From Candidatus Latescibacterota bacterium (GTDB taxonomy: Bacteria > Latescibacterota > UBA2968 > UBA8231): a stretch of 64,000 bases of DNA. Shown here one piece after another: positions 49,799 to 59,960 of the stretch. The notes beneath the pieces are model-generated. The model was not told the origin of the DNA, did not search any database, and saw only the letters and a list, made by a program, of their open reading frames with translations. The DNA lies in NCBI GenBank assembly GCA_963422735.1, contig OY730476.1, positions 2,560,001 through 2,624,000 of the forward strand, written 5' to 3'. The position numbers were made by a program, and so were the translations under genes. Numbering within the stretch: the stretch's first letter is position 1; each line of letters begins with the position of its first letter.

Positions 49799-50090
49799 GA
49801 AAATCCTCCTCTGCCCGGCATGGCAGCACATAGGCCCTAGCCCCTCAAGGCCCTTTGGGTTCTATTGACCGCGCAGATATTCGTCTGATTTGGCCGCATT
49901 GGGGGACCAGTACCTCATGTCCAACCTCCCTTGTTTATGGCTTCTTCAACTAAAACGAGGAAAATATAGAATTTGGGCACACTCCTGATTGTTGCCCGGC
50001 GAGTACTCCGCCACCACCGGCAGCACGACGGCTTTATCGACGCCGCATTCGTCCATATTGGAGGTCGGTGCCGAGGCTGGGATTGGTGGT

Positions 50091-51821
50091 TTACCCCTCG
50101 GACACGGGCAGTACGAGCCGCGAAGGATGCACTGCCGAGTGATGCACGGCGTTGGTTGCCACGACTAGCTCGGTGTCGGCTAGGTCGTTTTTGCCCGTGT
50201 TGTGATTGCGGTCGTGGTTGGGAAAGTCGCTCGATGTGACCTCTAGACGGATGCGGTGGCCCGGCTCAAAGCGGCAGGCCGTCGGCCCCATGCGGATGCG
50301 GAGATCCACCACGTCCCCTGGCGTCAGCCGCTCTTCGACGTCGAGGGAGTTGCGGTGGCGGACGCGCACCATGCCATAGCACATCTCCGGCGCTGGTCTG
50401 CTCGCCATCTCACCGCCTGCGCCAGCCGCGGTCGGGTGCTCGTCCACCAGCCGCGCGAAAAAGTCCGTGTCCGGTGCCGACGAGCTGACGAAGAGCACGG
50501 CTTCTGGATAACCGGCGATCTCCACGGCTGCGCTCAGCGGCTCCGAGCGATAGCAGAGGATGTCGGTGCGCCCTTCGAGTCGGCGGCGGTCCGCCGGCCC
50601 GGTGAACCACTCCCGCGTCCACAGCGTCGGCACGGGATTGCGGGGATCGTAGTCGAAGCGGTCGGCCTCGCTGCCATCCCGCCCGCCAGCGGTCGATAGC
50701 CGACCGGAACCGCCGAACTTGGCGTCTCCATTGCTGCTCAACAGGTACTCACAGGGCGTCGTGCCCGCTGGCGGCCAAGTGTCGGCCGAGCGCCATCGCC
50801 CCTGCCGCCCTCCCATTGCGAAGTAGCGCACCGCTGGCTCGCGGTTGACGCCGTTGTCGATTCCTTTGAGCCAGTGGTTGAACCAGCGGATGATCAGGTC
50901 CGGCAGGTCGAGCTCGGCCTGTGGCCCGAAGTCGAATCCGGCCACTATGCGGCTGCCGAGGCTCGGGTGATTCCACGGGCCGGCGATCAGCTTCGTCTGC
51001 GCCCGCGCTCGCTCGGTGCGACCGTGGCACTGCATTAGCTGAAGATGCCGCATCGAGCCGTTGCAGTGGTCGTACCAGCCGCTAAAGTCGAGATTCGGCA
51101 CTGCTACTTCCTTATGCACCTCGTCGAATTTCCAAGCCCGCCGGTTCGGGTGTTCAAGCCAGTCTTTCGCGTACTCCGCTAGCCTCGGCGGCAGGTGCCG
51201 GGGGAAGTCGAGCCACGGCAGGTAGCCGATCCAGTGCCCCTCGCCGGCGACCTCGTCCCACTCCTGCCGCGCTTGCTCCGGCGCGTGCGGTGGCGGCAGT
51301 CCGTGTCGGCGTCGCAGATCCGGTGCCATAGAGGTGAGCCACCACTTGATGCGCCGCCCCGGCCGAAACCCACCCGGCCAGTCAACCTCGGTCAACTCCA
51401 ACGGGATGGTGTACGCACACATGGCTACCAGATGCGGGGGGCGCAGCTTGGCTAGCTGCCACTGCATCCAAGCGTTGTACGAGGCCCCAAGGGTGCCGAC
51501 CCTGCCGTCGCACCAAGACTGCGCCGCCAGCCACTCCACGGAGTCGTAACCATCCTCAGCGTCGCCCGTGTGCTCCACGGTGAACGGCACCCAGTCGCCC
51601 TCGGAGCCGTAGCGACCGCGCGAGTCCATAGTGGCCACGGCGTACCCAGCGCGCACGTACCGCTCGAATCCAGACTTTGGGCGGTCGTACGGGGTGCGCA
51701 GCAGGATTCCGGGGAACCGGCCGTCGGCGTCGGGGCGAAACACGTGCGCCTCCATGCGTACGCCGTCGCGCATGGGCACTTGGACGTCAGGCTCAGTGAG
51801 GATTCCTAGGGTGCCGCTCAT
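50091..51821 (-). CDS. CocE/NonD family hydrolase
   Basis: VPMRDG, RTPY, GASY nucleophile motif, GWYD, GPWNH, SSDFP..RN.NTG. Confidence 0.92.
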   Translation of the reverse strand: MSGTLGILTEPDVQVPMRDGVRMEAHVFRPDADGRFPGILLRTPYDRPKSGFERYVRAGYAVATMDSRGRYGSEGDWVPFTVEHTGDAEDGYDSVEWLAAQSWCDGRVGTLGASYNAWMQWQLAKLRPPHLVAMCAYTIPLELTEVDWPGGFRPGRRIKWWLTSMAPDLRRRHGLPPPHAPEQARQEWDEVAGEGHWIGYLPWLDFPRHLPPRLAEYAKDWLEHPNRRAWKFDEVHKEVAVPNLDFSGWYDHCNGSMRHLQLMQCHGRTERARAQTKLIAGPWNHPSLGSRIVAGFDFGPQAELDLPDLIIRWFNHWLKGIDNGVNREPAVRYFAMGGRQGRWRSADTWPPAGTTPCEYLLSSNGDAKFGGSGRLSTAGGRDGSEADRFDYDPRNPVPTLWTREWFTGPADRRRLEGRTDILCYRSEPLSAAVEIAGYPEAVLFVSSSAPDTDFFARLVDEHPTAAGAGGEMASRPAPEMCYGMVRVRHRNSLDVEERLTPGDVVDLRIRMGPTACRFEPGHRIRLEVTSSDFPNHDRNHNTGKNDLADTELVVATNAVHHSAVHPSRLVLPVSEG

Positions 51822-51854
51822 CGCACCGGCTCCATCTATTCTGGATTACTACTA

Positions 51855-52788
51855 TTGAAGACCCTACTATTTGCAAACATAGCAAAGTGCTTCGGCGAGC
51901 GCGAAAGGTTTAGTGGATACACCTTCAGGGCCTTCTTCTTGGGTGCGCTCTTCGCCGCGATTCTCGCCGCAGGGGCCCCTAGTCCTGCGCGGCTCGTATA
52001 TGCCCCAAGATTTTTCTACCCTTGGGGCACTCTTCCTGCTCAGTGCCTTTGCCATTTTCGTGGCTCTGACCCGCATCGTCGCCGAAAGTGGAGTGCCCGA
52101 AGCACGCACTCCGATGATGCCGCAGAGCTTCGTCGCCGCGGGGGTAGGCACGGCCGCAGTCGGCGAAACCGGCATTACCGCTCTCGGCTTCTCCTTTACT
52201 TAGGCCACTGAACTGCGCGTCGTGGTAATGGCTTCGGCCGCCCACGCTCTCAAATTGCTCGACGGCCAGCAGGGACGCCACCGCCCCTTCTTCTGGGTGC
52301 TGATGCTCGCGGTGCTGGTCAGCATGGTTAGCTCGCTGTGGGCGATCCTCGATTTGTCATACCGCTACGGCGGCATCAACCTCAACCGTTGGTTTTTTGG
52401 CGGCGGTGCCCGCGCCCCTTTCGAGAGCTTTGTCGCCCGCCTCTTGCTCAACCCCACCGGGCCTAGCTGGGAAGGCTGGTTTTCCACGGGGATCGGCGCT
52501 GCGATCATGGGCGGCCTGATGCTGGCCCGGCATTACTTGACGTGGTGGCCCCTGCACCCCATTGGCTTCCCCATCGCCGGCCTGTGGCTGATGAGCCACT
52601 CTTGGTTTTCGATCTTTTTGGCGTGGCTTTGCAAGGCCATCGCCCTCAAGTACTGGGGGCCACGCGGCTTCCGCGCCGCCCGCCCTTTCTTCCTGGGGGC
52701 GATCCTCGGCCAGTTTGCCAGCGCCGGAGTCTGGCTGGTCATCGACGCCTGTACCGGTATGACCGACAACCGCATCTTTAGCTGGTGA
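51855..52788 (+). pseudogene. DUF6785/DUF6784-like membrane protein pseudogene, copy 3
   Basis: N-terminal RAFFLGA and GSYM fragments joined directly to the C-terminal third; frameshift; TAG at 52201 where paralogs have Trp. Confidence 0.8.
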
Positions 52789-52900
52789 TTGTCAGGGGCG
52801 TTTCCAGCGTTTCCAGCGATAGAGCAAGGCGAAATTGGGAATGGGGCGAATGCCGTCGTCGGACACGAGAAAAATGGCGATGGTGCAGCCCGTGAAACCC

Positions 52901-53617
52901 CTACATGTCGCGCAATAGCACTATAAACAACCCCATGTCCTCCTGTTCGTCGCCGCCTAAATCCACGCTGACTCCTGCGTTTAGCACCGTGCCATCGCCG
53001 AGGCCGATGTCGAGATTCGGCTCTAAGCGGACGCTGAGGTTCTCCTCTAGGTCGGAGGTGTTGGACGCGAGGAGCAAGTCGAGGTACGCGCTTAGTTTTT
53101 CGCTGAATACTTGGGCTGGCTCGAGCAAGAAATCGACGACGAGGCCCTCGTCGGTGTAGCCTTTGAGCGCGGCAACCTGCAGCCGGGTATTGAGGCGGAA
53201 GGCGGAACCGATTCGCGTGGTCTGCATGAAACCAACGGCCAGTCCCGGGTTGGGAATGTCGCCAGCTGGCAGGGCGATGCTGGCGGTCGCCGCGCGGTTG
53301 GAGCCGAGCTGGTACTTGCCGCCGACCACGATCGACGAAAAGTTGGAACTTCCGTCCTTGAAAAAGCCAAAGGTGAGATGCGCACCCGCTTCAAAGCGAG
53401 CGCGGGGATTGAATTTGGCCATGGCCACGATATCGCTTGCGTCCTTGAGATCCTTGATCGTGGATGGGGAGGCGGTCGTGTACACTCCAACATCGACGCT
53501 AGTGTAGCCTGTGCCGCCCGGCAGGACGTAGTAGGGGTCGTAGCTGAGGGGATGTTGGGCATGGACGGCCGTGTCCACTAGCGCGACCATGCCGATCAGT
53601 ACGCAAAGCAGGTGCAT
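52901..53617 (-). CDS. Hypothetical exported beta-strand protein (possible outer-membrane protein)
   Basis: AGGAGA RBS before ATG 53617, signal peptide ending AVHA, amphipathic strands. Confidence 0.6.
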   Translation of the reverse strand: MHLLCVLIGMVALVDTAVHAQHPLSYDPYYVLPGGTGYTSVDVGVYTTASPSTIKDLKDASDIVAMAKFNPRARFEAGAHLTFGFFKDGSSNFSSIVVGGKYQLGSNRAATASIALPAGDIPNPGLAVGFMQTTRIGSAFRLNTRLQVAALKGYTDEGLVVDFLLEPAQVFSEKLSAYLDLLLASNTSDLEENLSVRLEPNLDIGLGDGTVLNAGVSVDLGGDEQEDMGLFIVLLRDM

Positions 53618-53645
53618 GAGATCTCCTAAATATTGTGAGGGGGTG

Positions 53646-54596
53646 TCAGAAGCCGCAGCGCTTGCAGGCGCGGAAGAAAGGCTCGGCCATGGCGTAGGCA
53701 CCGCGAAAGACCATGTCGCTGGTGAGGGGATGCACGCAGATCAGGCGCGCGCCGTTGTCGATGGCCTCGACCATGCCGTCTTCGATGTCTTGGGGGTCCT
53801 CCATCGCACCGTGCCCAACGACGCGGCCGGTGTGGACGCCGCGCTCGGCCGCGGCGCGGAAAAGGGCGTTGACCGCGTCGTTGACTTCGGGGAGGTCGCC
53901 CTCGCGCAGGATGGCGTCGAAGGGGCCGACAAAGCCACAGGCCTTGTTGCGCCCTTGGGCAGCCATCAGGTCGAGGACGCGGTCCCGGGTCTCGATGTCG
54001 ATGATGTATTCCTTGGTCTCGAACTGGATCCAGCCTTGGGTCTCGGTCTCGGTACCGCGCAATTCGTCGGGAGTGAACATCATGGTCCGCTCACCGTCGC
54101 GGACTGGATACCCACCGCGGTCGTCCGGGGTGGCTTGGCCGGGGACGGGGAAGTTGATGGCGCGGTAATAGCGCTCGGCCTCCTCGTAAGTGGTGCCATA
54201 GGGACGCATCGTCGCCCGCGCCCCGAGCTGGAAGACGTCGCCGTGTTCGGAGCGGGCCTCGCGGGCTAAACGCTGAACCGGCAGGATGCCATGGCGCGAG
54301 AGGACGGCGTTTTGCTCGCGGCCATACCAGCCTTCCCACTGGCTGTGCTCGGCGTCATTGACCATCCACGACCATCCCGCCTTGGCCCAAGAATGTACCT
54401 CGGCGTCGCGCAGCTTGTGCCATGGCACGTCGTTGAAGCCGCCCAATAGGGGCGGGGTTTTGGCCACGGACGCGTACGAGTCGAGGATTTCCTTGAGCGG
54501 GTTGCGCGCGGGGTTGAGGGCATAATTGTAAGCGCGGCGAGCGAACTCCTCGGCTGCGAGGGGCCGGCTGCCGCCGATGGCTGCGATGGCGTCCAC
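53646..54596 (-). CDS. HpcH/HpaI aldolase family protein
   Basis: AGWSWMVNDAEH, IQFET, FVGPFD. Confidence 0.75.
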   Translation of the reverse strand: MDAIAAIGGSRPLAAEEFARRAYNYALNPARNPLKEILDSYASVAKTPPLLGGFNDVPWHKLRDAEVHSWAKAGWSWMVNDAEHSQWEGWYGREQNAVLSRHGILPVQRLAREARSEHGDVFQLGARATMRPYGTTYEEAERYYRAINFPVPGQATPDDRGGYPVRDGERTMMFTPDELRGTETETQGWIQFETKEYIIDIETRDRVLDLMAAQGRNKACGFVGPFDAILREGDLPEVNDAVNALFRAAAERGVHTGRVVGHGAMEDPQDIEDGMVEAIDNGARLICVHPLTSDMVFRGAYAMAEPFFRACKRCGF

Positions 54597-54683
54597 TTAG
54601 GTATCTCCTTGTTTCTGGGTCAAATTATGTCGCGTTCCTTCTAAATATAAAGAGCCGCAATGTCCGTTGTAGGTGCTGGCGTC

Positions 54684-55045
54684 CTAGCTGGTCGGGAGCA
54701 TGTCGGCCAGCAGCGTCGCCAAGCCCAAAAACGAAAGGAAGCCCACTATATCGGTCACGGTCGTGAGAATGATCGAGGACGCCTAGCCCAGTTTGGACAG
54801 CACGACCGGAATGGCCAGCCCGTTGAAAACGCCGATTACCAGTTCCTTGACAAGGACGCGAGCCGCGTACGAGCCGCACGAGTCCCCGCATGGTCACGGC
54901 GAGGGTCTGCACACCCGTTAGCTCCCGCATGCTGACGACGCCGACAAGCCGTTGATCGTCAGCTACCACGTAGAGATAGTAGAGAGCGTGATCGGGATTG
55001 CGCTGGAGCCGCGCTAGCACTTGGCAAACCGGCTCCTGCTCGAAT
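54684..55045 (-). pseudogene. mgtE: MgtE magnesium transporter remnant
   Basis: Fragments YYLYVV..LVGVVSMREL, GVQTLAVTMRGL, KELVIGVFNG, SIILTTVTDIVGFLSFLGLA, separated by deletions; boundaries approximate. Confidence 0.75.
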
Positions 55046-55049
55046 GCGC

Positions 55050-55680
55050 TGACCCACGTCGTAGGACTTGTTGACATAGTGCATGGCGAGGATGTTGGCG
55101 GTGGTGCTGCGGACATCCAGCCCAAACGCAAAAGCCGCGCCGGCGAGGATCGCGGCGAGCACGATCAAGAAGATGTCCGTCAGCAGCGATACATCCACTC
55201 CGAGTTGCTTGGTTGCCACGAGAATGGCCGCGCCGACGATGAGGCCCCGGACGAGGCGGGCCAATTGCCGCCCCTGATGCGGGCCGTGCTCGTTGCCGCC
55301 TCGCTGACGAGGCGACCTCCGACGACGTCGGCGAATGAGACCGCGACCGCCACGATGACCTTGGGCAGGTAGTGCGCTAGTGCGGCCAGATAGGTGGTCA
55401 AAACCGGGAGGCCGACGACCTCGCTCGTCACCATGACCGCGACCGACAAGACGAGCCAGTAGATACTGCTCGAGACGATGCGCCCGAATCCCTTGTCGGC
55501 TAAGACCTGTTGCCAAGCGGCCTTGGTCGTTGTCGCAGCAATCCGCTTGGAAAAACGCTCGATCACTCGGCATGCGGTCGCGCGGAGCACCCGCGCCACG
55601 AGCCACCCGACAGACAGCACCGACTTGGACAGCACGTGGAAGAGATCTCTTTAATGGAACCAAGGACGGCGAGCATCTCA
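55050..55680 (-). pseudogene. Mechanosensitive channel (MscS/CmpX-like) remnant, frameshifted
   Basis: VGWLVARVLR, YLPKVIVA in one frame; AFAFGL..ANILAMHYV..YDVGQ in another. Confidence 0.65.
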
Positions 55681-55713
55681 GCGGATGGGCTGGGATCCAT
55701 AAGACCCCTCCAG

Positions 55714-56451
55714 TTACTTTTTTTGCCGGATCACCATCGAGACGATGGCCAGCCAATAGAGGTTCTGCACGACGGCAAAATAATAGACGACCCCCATGAG
55801 GTGGTCAAACACCGCGCCCAACGCGAAAACCATCAGATAGACGTCGATTCCACTACGCAGATAGTTGCGCAGTTTCAGCGGCGGAACGCCCACAAAGCCC
55901 GCCAAGCGACCCATCAGGCCACGGCCCGCGGATTCCGCTAGTTGGCCCTTGCCAAAGGCCGTGGCGTTCATCAGGGTGGCGATGTGGGTCATGGCTAGCG
56001 ACGCGAAGACGACAAACGAGTAGAGATAGGCGTGAGGATAGTCGTTTTGGTGCTCTAATGCCCGTCCCAACGCGAGGCATAGCACCAACTCGGCGATGCG
56101 GTCGAGCAGGCCGTCGAACCAAGCGCCAAACGGTGAGCTAAGGCCGCGCAAACGAGCGAGTTCGCCGTCGCAGCAATCGAGCGTAAAGGACAGTTGGATG
56201 AGTAGGCCAGCCCCGATGAGGGCGATGCGCTCGCCCGTGGAGAGTAAATACGCACCGGGTAGGAGGACGAGAAAGGAAAGGACCGTCACGTGGTTGGGGG
56301 TGAGTGGGGTGCGGACCAACAAGCGGGTGAGCAGGGTGGAGAGACGGCGGTTGAACAGGACTTCGACTGGCCCCATGACCGCGGGTTTGCTGGCCTTGAA
56401 GTCCGCAGCCGTGTACGGGAGTTTACGCACGGGTGCTCCTATATAGTCCAA
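55714..56451 (-). CDS. CDP-alcohol phosphatidyltransferase family protein
   Basis: TPNHVT, DCCDGELAR..G..FDGLLD signature. Confidence 0.9.
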   Translation of the reverse strand: MDYIGAPVRKLPYTAADFKASKPAVMGPVEVLFNRRLSTLLTRLLVRTPLTPNHVTVLSFLVLLPGAYLLSTGERIALIGAGLLIQLSFTLDCCDGELARLRGLSSPFGAWFDGLLDRIAELVLCLALGRALEHQNDYPHAYLYSFVVFASLAMTHIATLMNATAFGKGQLAESAGRGLMGRLAGFVGVPPLKLRNYLRSGIDVYLMVFALGAVFDHLMGVVYYFAVVQNLYWLAIVSMVIRQKK

Positions 56452-56583
56452 TTTTTCGGATGCGCTTAGCGAGATAAGTAATGTTGTTCTGCGACCTTAT
56501 TGCCCTTGGACAACCGCGGGCGCAACGGCAGTCGGCTGGCTTTCCATTGAAATAGTGGTAAAAGACGGTCCAGTCGAGCATGG

Positions 56584-57882
56584 CTACTCGCGGAAGGGAA
56601 TCAGGCGCAGGACCTGCTCAATGGACATGCATAGCTCTTCCGCTTCATAGGCCCGTTGGTGCAGAAGAATGGACTCCGCGGTTTTGAGCATGGCCGGATA
56701 GGCACTGCGCAGCAAGTGGTTGGCGTAGAGGACCACCTGCACACCGGCATCGATGAGCTGTTGTTCGGTCACCTGACTGAAGGTCGAAGGCATCACGACC
56801 AAGGGGACGCGGGAGGGCAACTTGGCGTATTCGTCGCAGAAGGAGAGGATTTCGCACGGGGTCTTTTCTCGACTGTGGATCAGGAGGCCGTCGGCCCCGC
56901 TGCCGATGTACGCGTGTGCGCGCTCGATGGCATCGCGCACGTATTTGCCGGCGAGAAAGGACTCAATGCGCGCCACGATCATAAAATCGTCGGCTATTTG
57001 GGCCTTTTTGCCGCGCTCGATTTTGTAGGCAAAGGCATCGGCATCCTCTTGGTGCTGTGCGGCCACCGCGCCGGATAGAGAATTCCCCTTGGGATTCATT
57101 CTGTCTTCTACGACAATGGCCGAAACGCCGATCCGCTCCAGCGTGCGCACCGCTAAGACAAAATGCTCGACCAAGCCGCCGGAATCGCCATCGAGGATGA
57201 GCGGCTTGTTGGTGACGTCCAAAATTTCCTGCACCGTGGCCATGCGCGAGGTGAGATCGATGTATTCGATGTCGGGCTTGCCCTTGGCCGTGGAGTCGGT
57301 GAGGCTGCCGACCCATATGGCGTCGAATTCCCGCGTTTGGCCGTCCGCTTCCACTTGCGCGTTCTCGACGATCCGCCCAGTGAGGCCACTGTGCGCTTCG
57401 AGCGCGGTCACCAGCGGCTTGGCGGCCAGCAACCGGCGCAACCGCTGGCGGCGGACATCGGGCGTAAAGCCCACTTCGCGGAGGGCCGCATTCAGCCGCG
57501 TTGAGGAAATGCCCGGAGTGTACGCCGGCTCGACCACTTCTCCGCCCCACTCTTTGAGCGCTTCGATGACGCGCTGCCGCGCCTCCCGCTGAACGCCGGT
57601 GCGCCAGTCGTCGCCGTGGACGAAGTAGCGCGGCCGCAGGCGGCGCACGTTGGACACGTAGTCGAGCGTCGTCTGGGGGATTACCTCGCTTACCCCCTTG
57701 ATGCTTTCGACGATAGCCTTGCGCTGCTCGTAGTTCAGATAGGGCAGGCGCTTGTAGCTGACCATGGCCTCGTCGGTCATCAGGCCAATGGTAATTTCTC
57801 CCAATTCTCGCGCGACGCGGATGATGTTTAGATGCCCTTGGTGGAGCAAATCCACGCACATAGGTACATATACTCTAGGCAT
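56584..57882 (-). CDS. aepX: Phosphoenolpyruvate mutase with N-terminal cytidylyltransferase domain
   Basis: [58 protein letters not shown]. Confidence 0.9.
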   Translation of the reverse strand: MPRVYVPMCVDLLHQGHLNIIRVARELGEITIGLMTDEAMVSYKRLPYLNYEQRKAIVESIKGVSEVIPQTTLDYVSNVRRLRPRYFVHGDDWRTGVQREARQRVIEALKEWGGEVVEPAYTPGISSTRLNAALREVGFTPDVRRQRLRRLLAAKPLVTALEAHSGLTGRIVENAQVEADGQTREFDAIWVGSLTDSTAKGKPDIEYIDLTSRMATVQEILDVTNKPLILDGDSGGLVEHFVLAVRTLERIGVSAIVVEDRMNPKGNSLSGAVAAQHQEDADAFAYKIERGKKAQIADDFMIVARIESFLAGKYVRDAIERAHAYIGSGADGLLIHSREKTPCEILSFCDEYAKLPSRVPLVVMPSTFSQVTEQQLIDAGVQVVLYANHLLRSAYPAMLKTAESILLHQRAYEAEELCMSIEQVLRLIPFRE

Positions 57883-58004
57883 TTAATGGCTACCGGGGTT
57901 GAGGGGTCAGATCGTGCGGCTCTAAAAAGTACAGGCAGAACTGAGACGCGGCAATGGACCGCACTGCGGTTGTCTCCACCGGGGCCAGCGGCTATTTTCC
58001 GGCT

Positions 58005-59948
58005 ATGCACAAGGAGCGAACTGGCTTGGAAGTGACGCGGCGCGCCCTAGTACTGGGCGCGGGAGCAGCTCTCTTCCTGAATCTGGCCTGTCCCTACTCA
58101 GTACTCGTCCTGCAAAACGCCGGCCTGACTTCGGATTACCTCGCGGCCGGCGCGATGATGGTCTTCCTGCTGCTGGTGGGCTTAATCAATCCCCTGTTAA
58201 AGGTCGCGTTTAGGGCTTGGGCATTGCGCACGAACGAGCTAGTGGTCGTGTACGCGATGATGGTCGTGGCGTCGGCGATTCCCACTTGGGGACTGGTGAC
58301 CAACCTGTGCCACATCCTAACCCGCCCTTTTTACTACGCCACGCCAGAAAACCGCTGGGCCGAGCTGATTCAACCGCTGATTCCCTCTTGGCTGGCGCCG
58401 CACGAAGCCGAAGTAGCGCGCTTCTTTTACGAAGGGATCCCCGAGGGGATGAGCATTCCGTGGGGTGCTTGGCTGGTGCCGCTGGTGGCTTGGGGCAGCG
58501 CGATGCTGGCGATCTACTTGCTGATGATAGCTACCATGGTCGTCTTCAGGCGGCCTTGGGTCGAACAGGAGCGGTTGGTCTTCCCGCTGGCGCAGGTGCC
58601 CTTGGAGATGCTACGCGGCAACGACGAGGGCATTTTCCCGCAGTTGTTTCGCAACCCGTTGATGTGGGTCGGGTTTTCGTTGCCCTTTGCCATCCAACTG
58701 CTGGACGGGCTAAACCACTACTTCTTTTACGTGCCCGAGGTGCGGCTGGTGTTCGACCCGCTGATGCTGTTCCGCGACAGCGTGCGGCTGCACATCTTCG
58801 TCAATTTCGCCATCATTGGAGTGGCGTATTTCCTCAATCTCAACGTGGCCTTCTCGGTGTGGTTTTTCCACTTGTTGAGCCGCTGCCAGACTGGGGTTTT
58901 CAACGTCATTGGCTTTCAGATCAAAGGGCACAACGAGGCGTTGACGGGTTCTTCGATAGCCCTGTCGCATCAGGGGATGGGGGCGATGCTGGTGCTGGTG
59001 GGGGCGATCCTGTGGACGGCGCGGCGCCACTTGCGCCAAGTGTTCAGCGCGGCCTTTAGGCGCGGGGTGCAAGCCGACGATGGCGATGAGATTCTCTCCT
59101 ACCGGGCGGCCGTGTGGCTGTGGATCGCCTGCGCGGCCTACTTCCTCGGCTGGCTACTGCTGAGCGGGGTGCCGCCGGTGGCGGCCGTGGTGTTTTTCTG
59201 CGGGGCGTTTGCCATTTTCTTGGCCATTGCGCGGGTCATTGCCCAAGGCGGCGTGGGCTTTACTTCTTCGACCATGCTGCCGCAGCCCTTTGCGGTCTAT
59301 ACCTTGGGTACGGACGCCATCGGCTGGAAGGGGCTGGCGTCAATTAGCCTGAGCTATTCGTGGGCCGCTGAGATGCGCACTACGGTCATGGCTTCAACTG
59401 CCAACGCGCTCAAGCTGGCGCACGGGCACGGAGCGCATCACCGCCGCCTGTTCTGGGGGCTGGTTATCGCGGTCGTCGTCGGCATGATGGGTGCCTTCTG
59501 GATCACCCTCTATTTGAACTACACGCACGGCGGGATCAACCTCCGCCAGTTCGGGGTGCCGACGCTGGCCTATCGCTTCTTGGAGGACAAGATCCACAAT
59601 CCCGTCGGCTGGGATCACATCCGCCCGCGGTTGCTGTTTACGGGCGTGGGTGCGGCCTTGATGGGCGCGCTGATTTACATGCAGCACCACTTCCCGTGGT
59701 GGCCGCTGCACTACATCGGCCTGCCGGTGAGCGACAGTTGGGTCATGGGCGTGGCGTGGTTTTCGGTATTTTTGGGCTGGCTGTGCAAGGCCGTGATATT
59801 CAAATTCGCCGGTACGCGCGGCTACCGCACGTACAAGCCGCTCTTCGCCGGGTTGATCGCCGGACAGCTCCTAGGCGCGGCCGCGTGGATGGTGATCGAC
59901 TTTTGCCTCGGGGAGGTGGGGAATGTGGTGTACGTGGGGGTGCGGTGA
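58005..59948 (+). CDS. DUF6785/DUF6784-like membrane protein, copy 4
   Basis: YYATPEN, ERLVFPL, HQG, WWPLHYIG; ORF is open from 57954. Confidence 0.8.
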   Translation: MHKERTGLEVTRRALVLGAGAALFLNLACPYSVLVLQNAGLTSDYLAAGAMMVFLLLVGLINPLLKVAFRAWALRTNELVVVYAMMVVASAIPTWGLVTNLCHILTRPFYYATPENRWAELIQPLIPSWLAPHEAEVARFFYEGIPEGMSIPWGAWLVPLVAWGSAMLAIYLLMIATMVVFRRPWVEQERLVFPLAQVPLEMLRGNDEGIFPQLFRNPLMWVGFSLPFAIQLLDGLNHYFFYVPEVRLVFDPLMLFRDSVRLHIFVNFAIIGVAYFLNLNVAFSVWFFHLLSRCQTGVFNVIGFQIKGHNEALTGSSIALSHQGMGAMLVLVGAILWTARRHLRQVFSAAFRRGVQADDGDEILSYRAAVWLWIACAAYFLGWLLLSGVPPVAAVVFFCGAFAIFLAIARVIAQGGVGFTSSTMLPQPFAVYTLGTDAIGWKGLASISLSYSWAAEMRTTVMASTANALKLAHGHGAHHRRLFWGLVIAVVVGMMGAFWITLYLNYTHGGINLRQFGVPTLAYRFLEDKIHNPVGWDHIRPRLLFTGVGAALMGALIYMQHHFPWWPLHYIGLPVSDSWVMGVAWFSVFLGWLCKAVIFKFAGTRGYRTYKPLFAGLIAGQLLGAAAWMVIDFCLGEVGNVVYVGVR

Positions 59949-59960
59949 AGCGATCGCGGC

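Noticed and set aside
52201-52203. Amber read-through or recoding in the DUF6785 copy
   Set aside because: The gene also has a frameshift and a large deletion; a TGG-to-TAG nonsense change explains it
52798-52818. Short GCGTTTCCA tandem duplication
   Set aside because: Only two copies of 9 bp; no evident function
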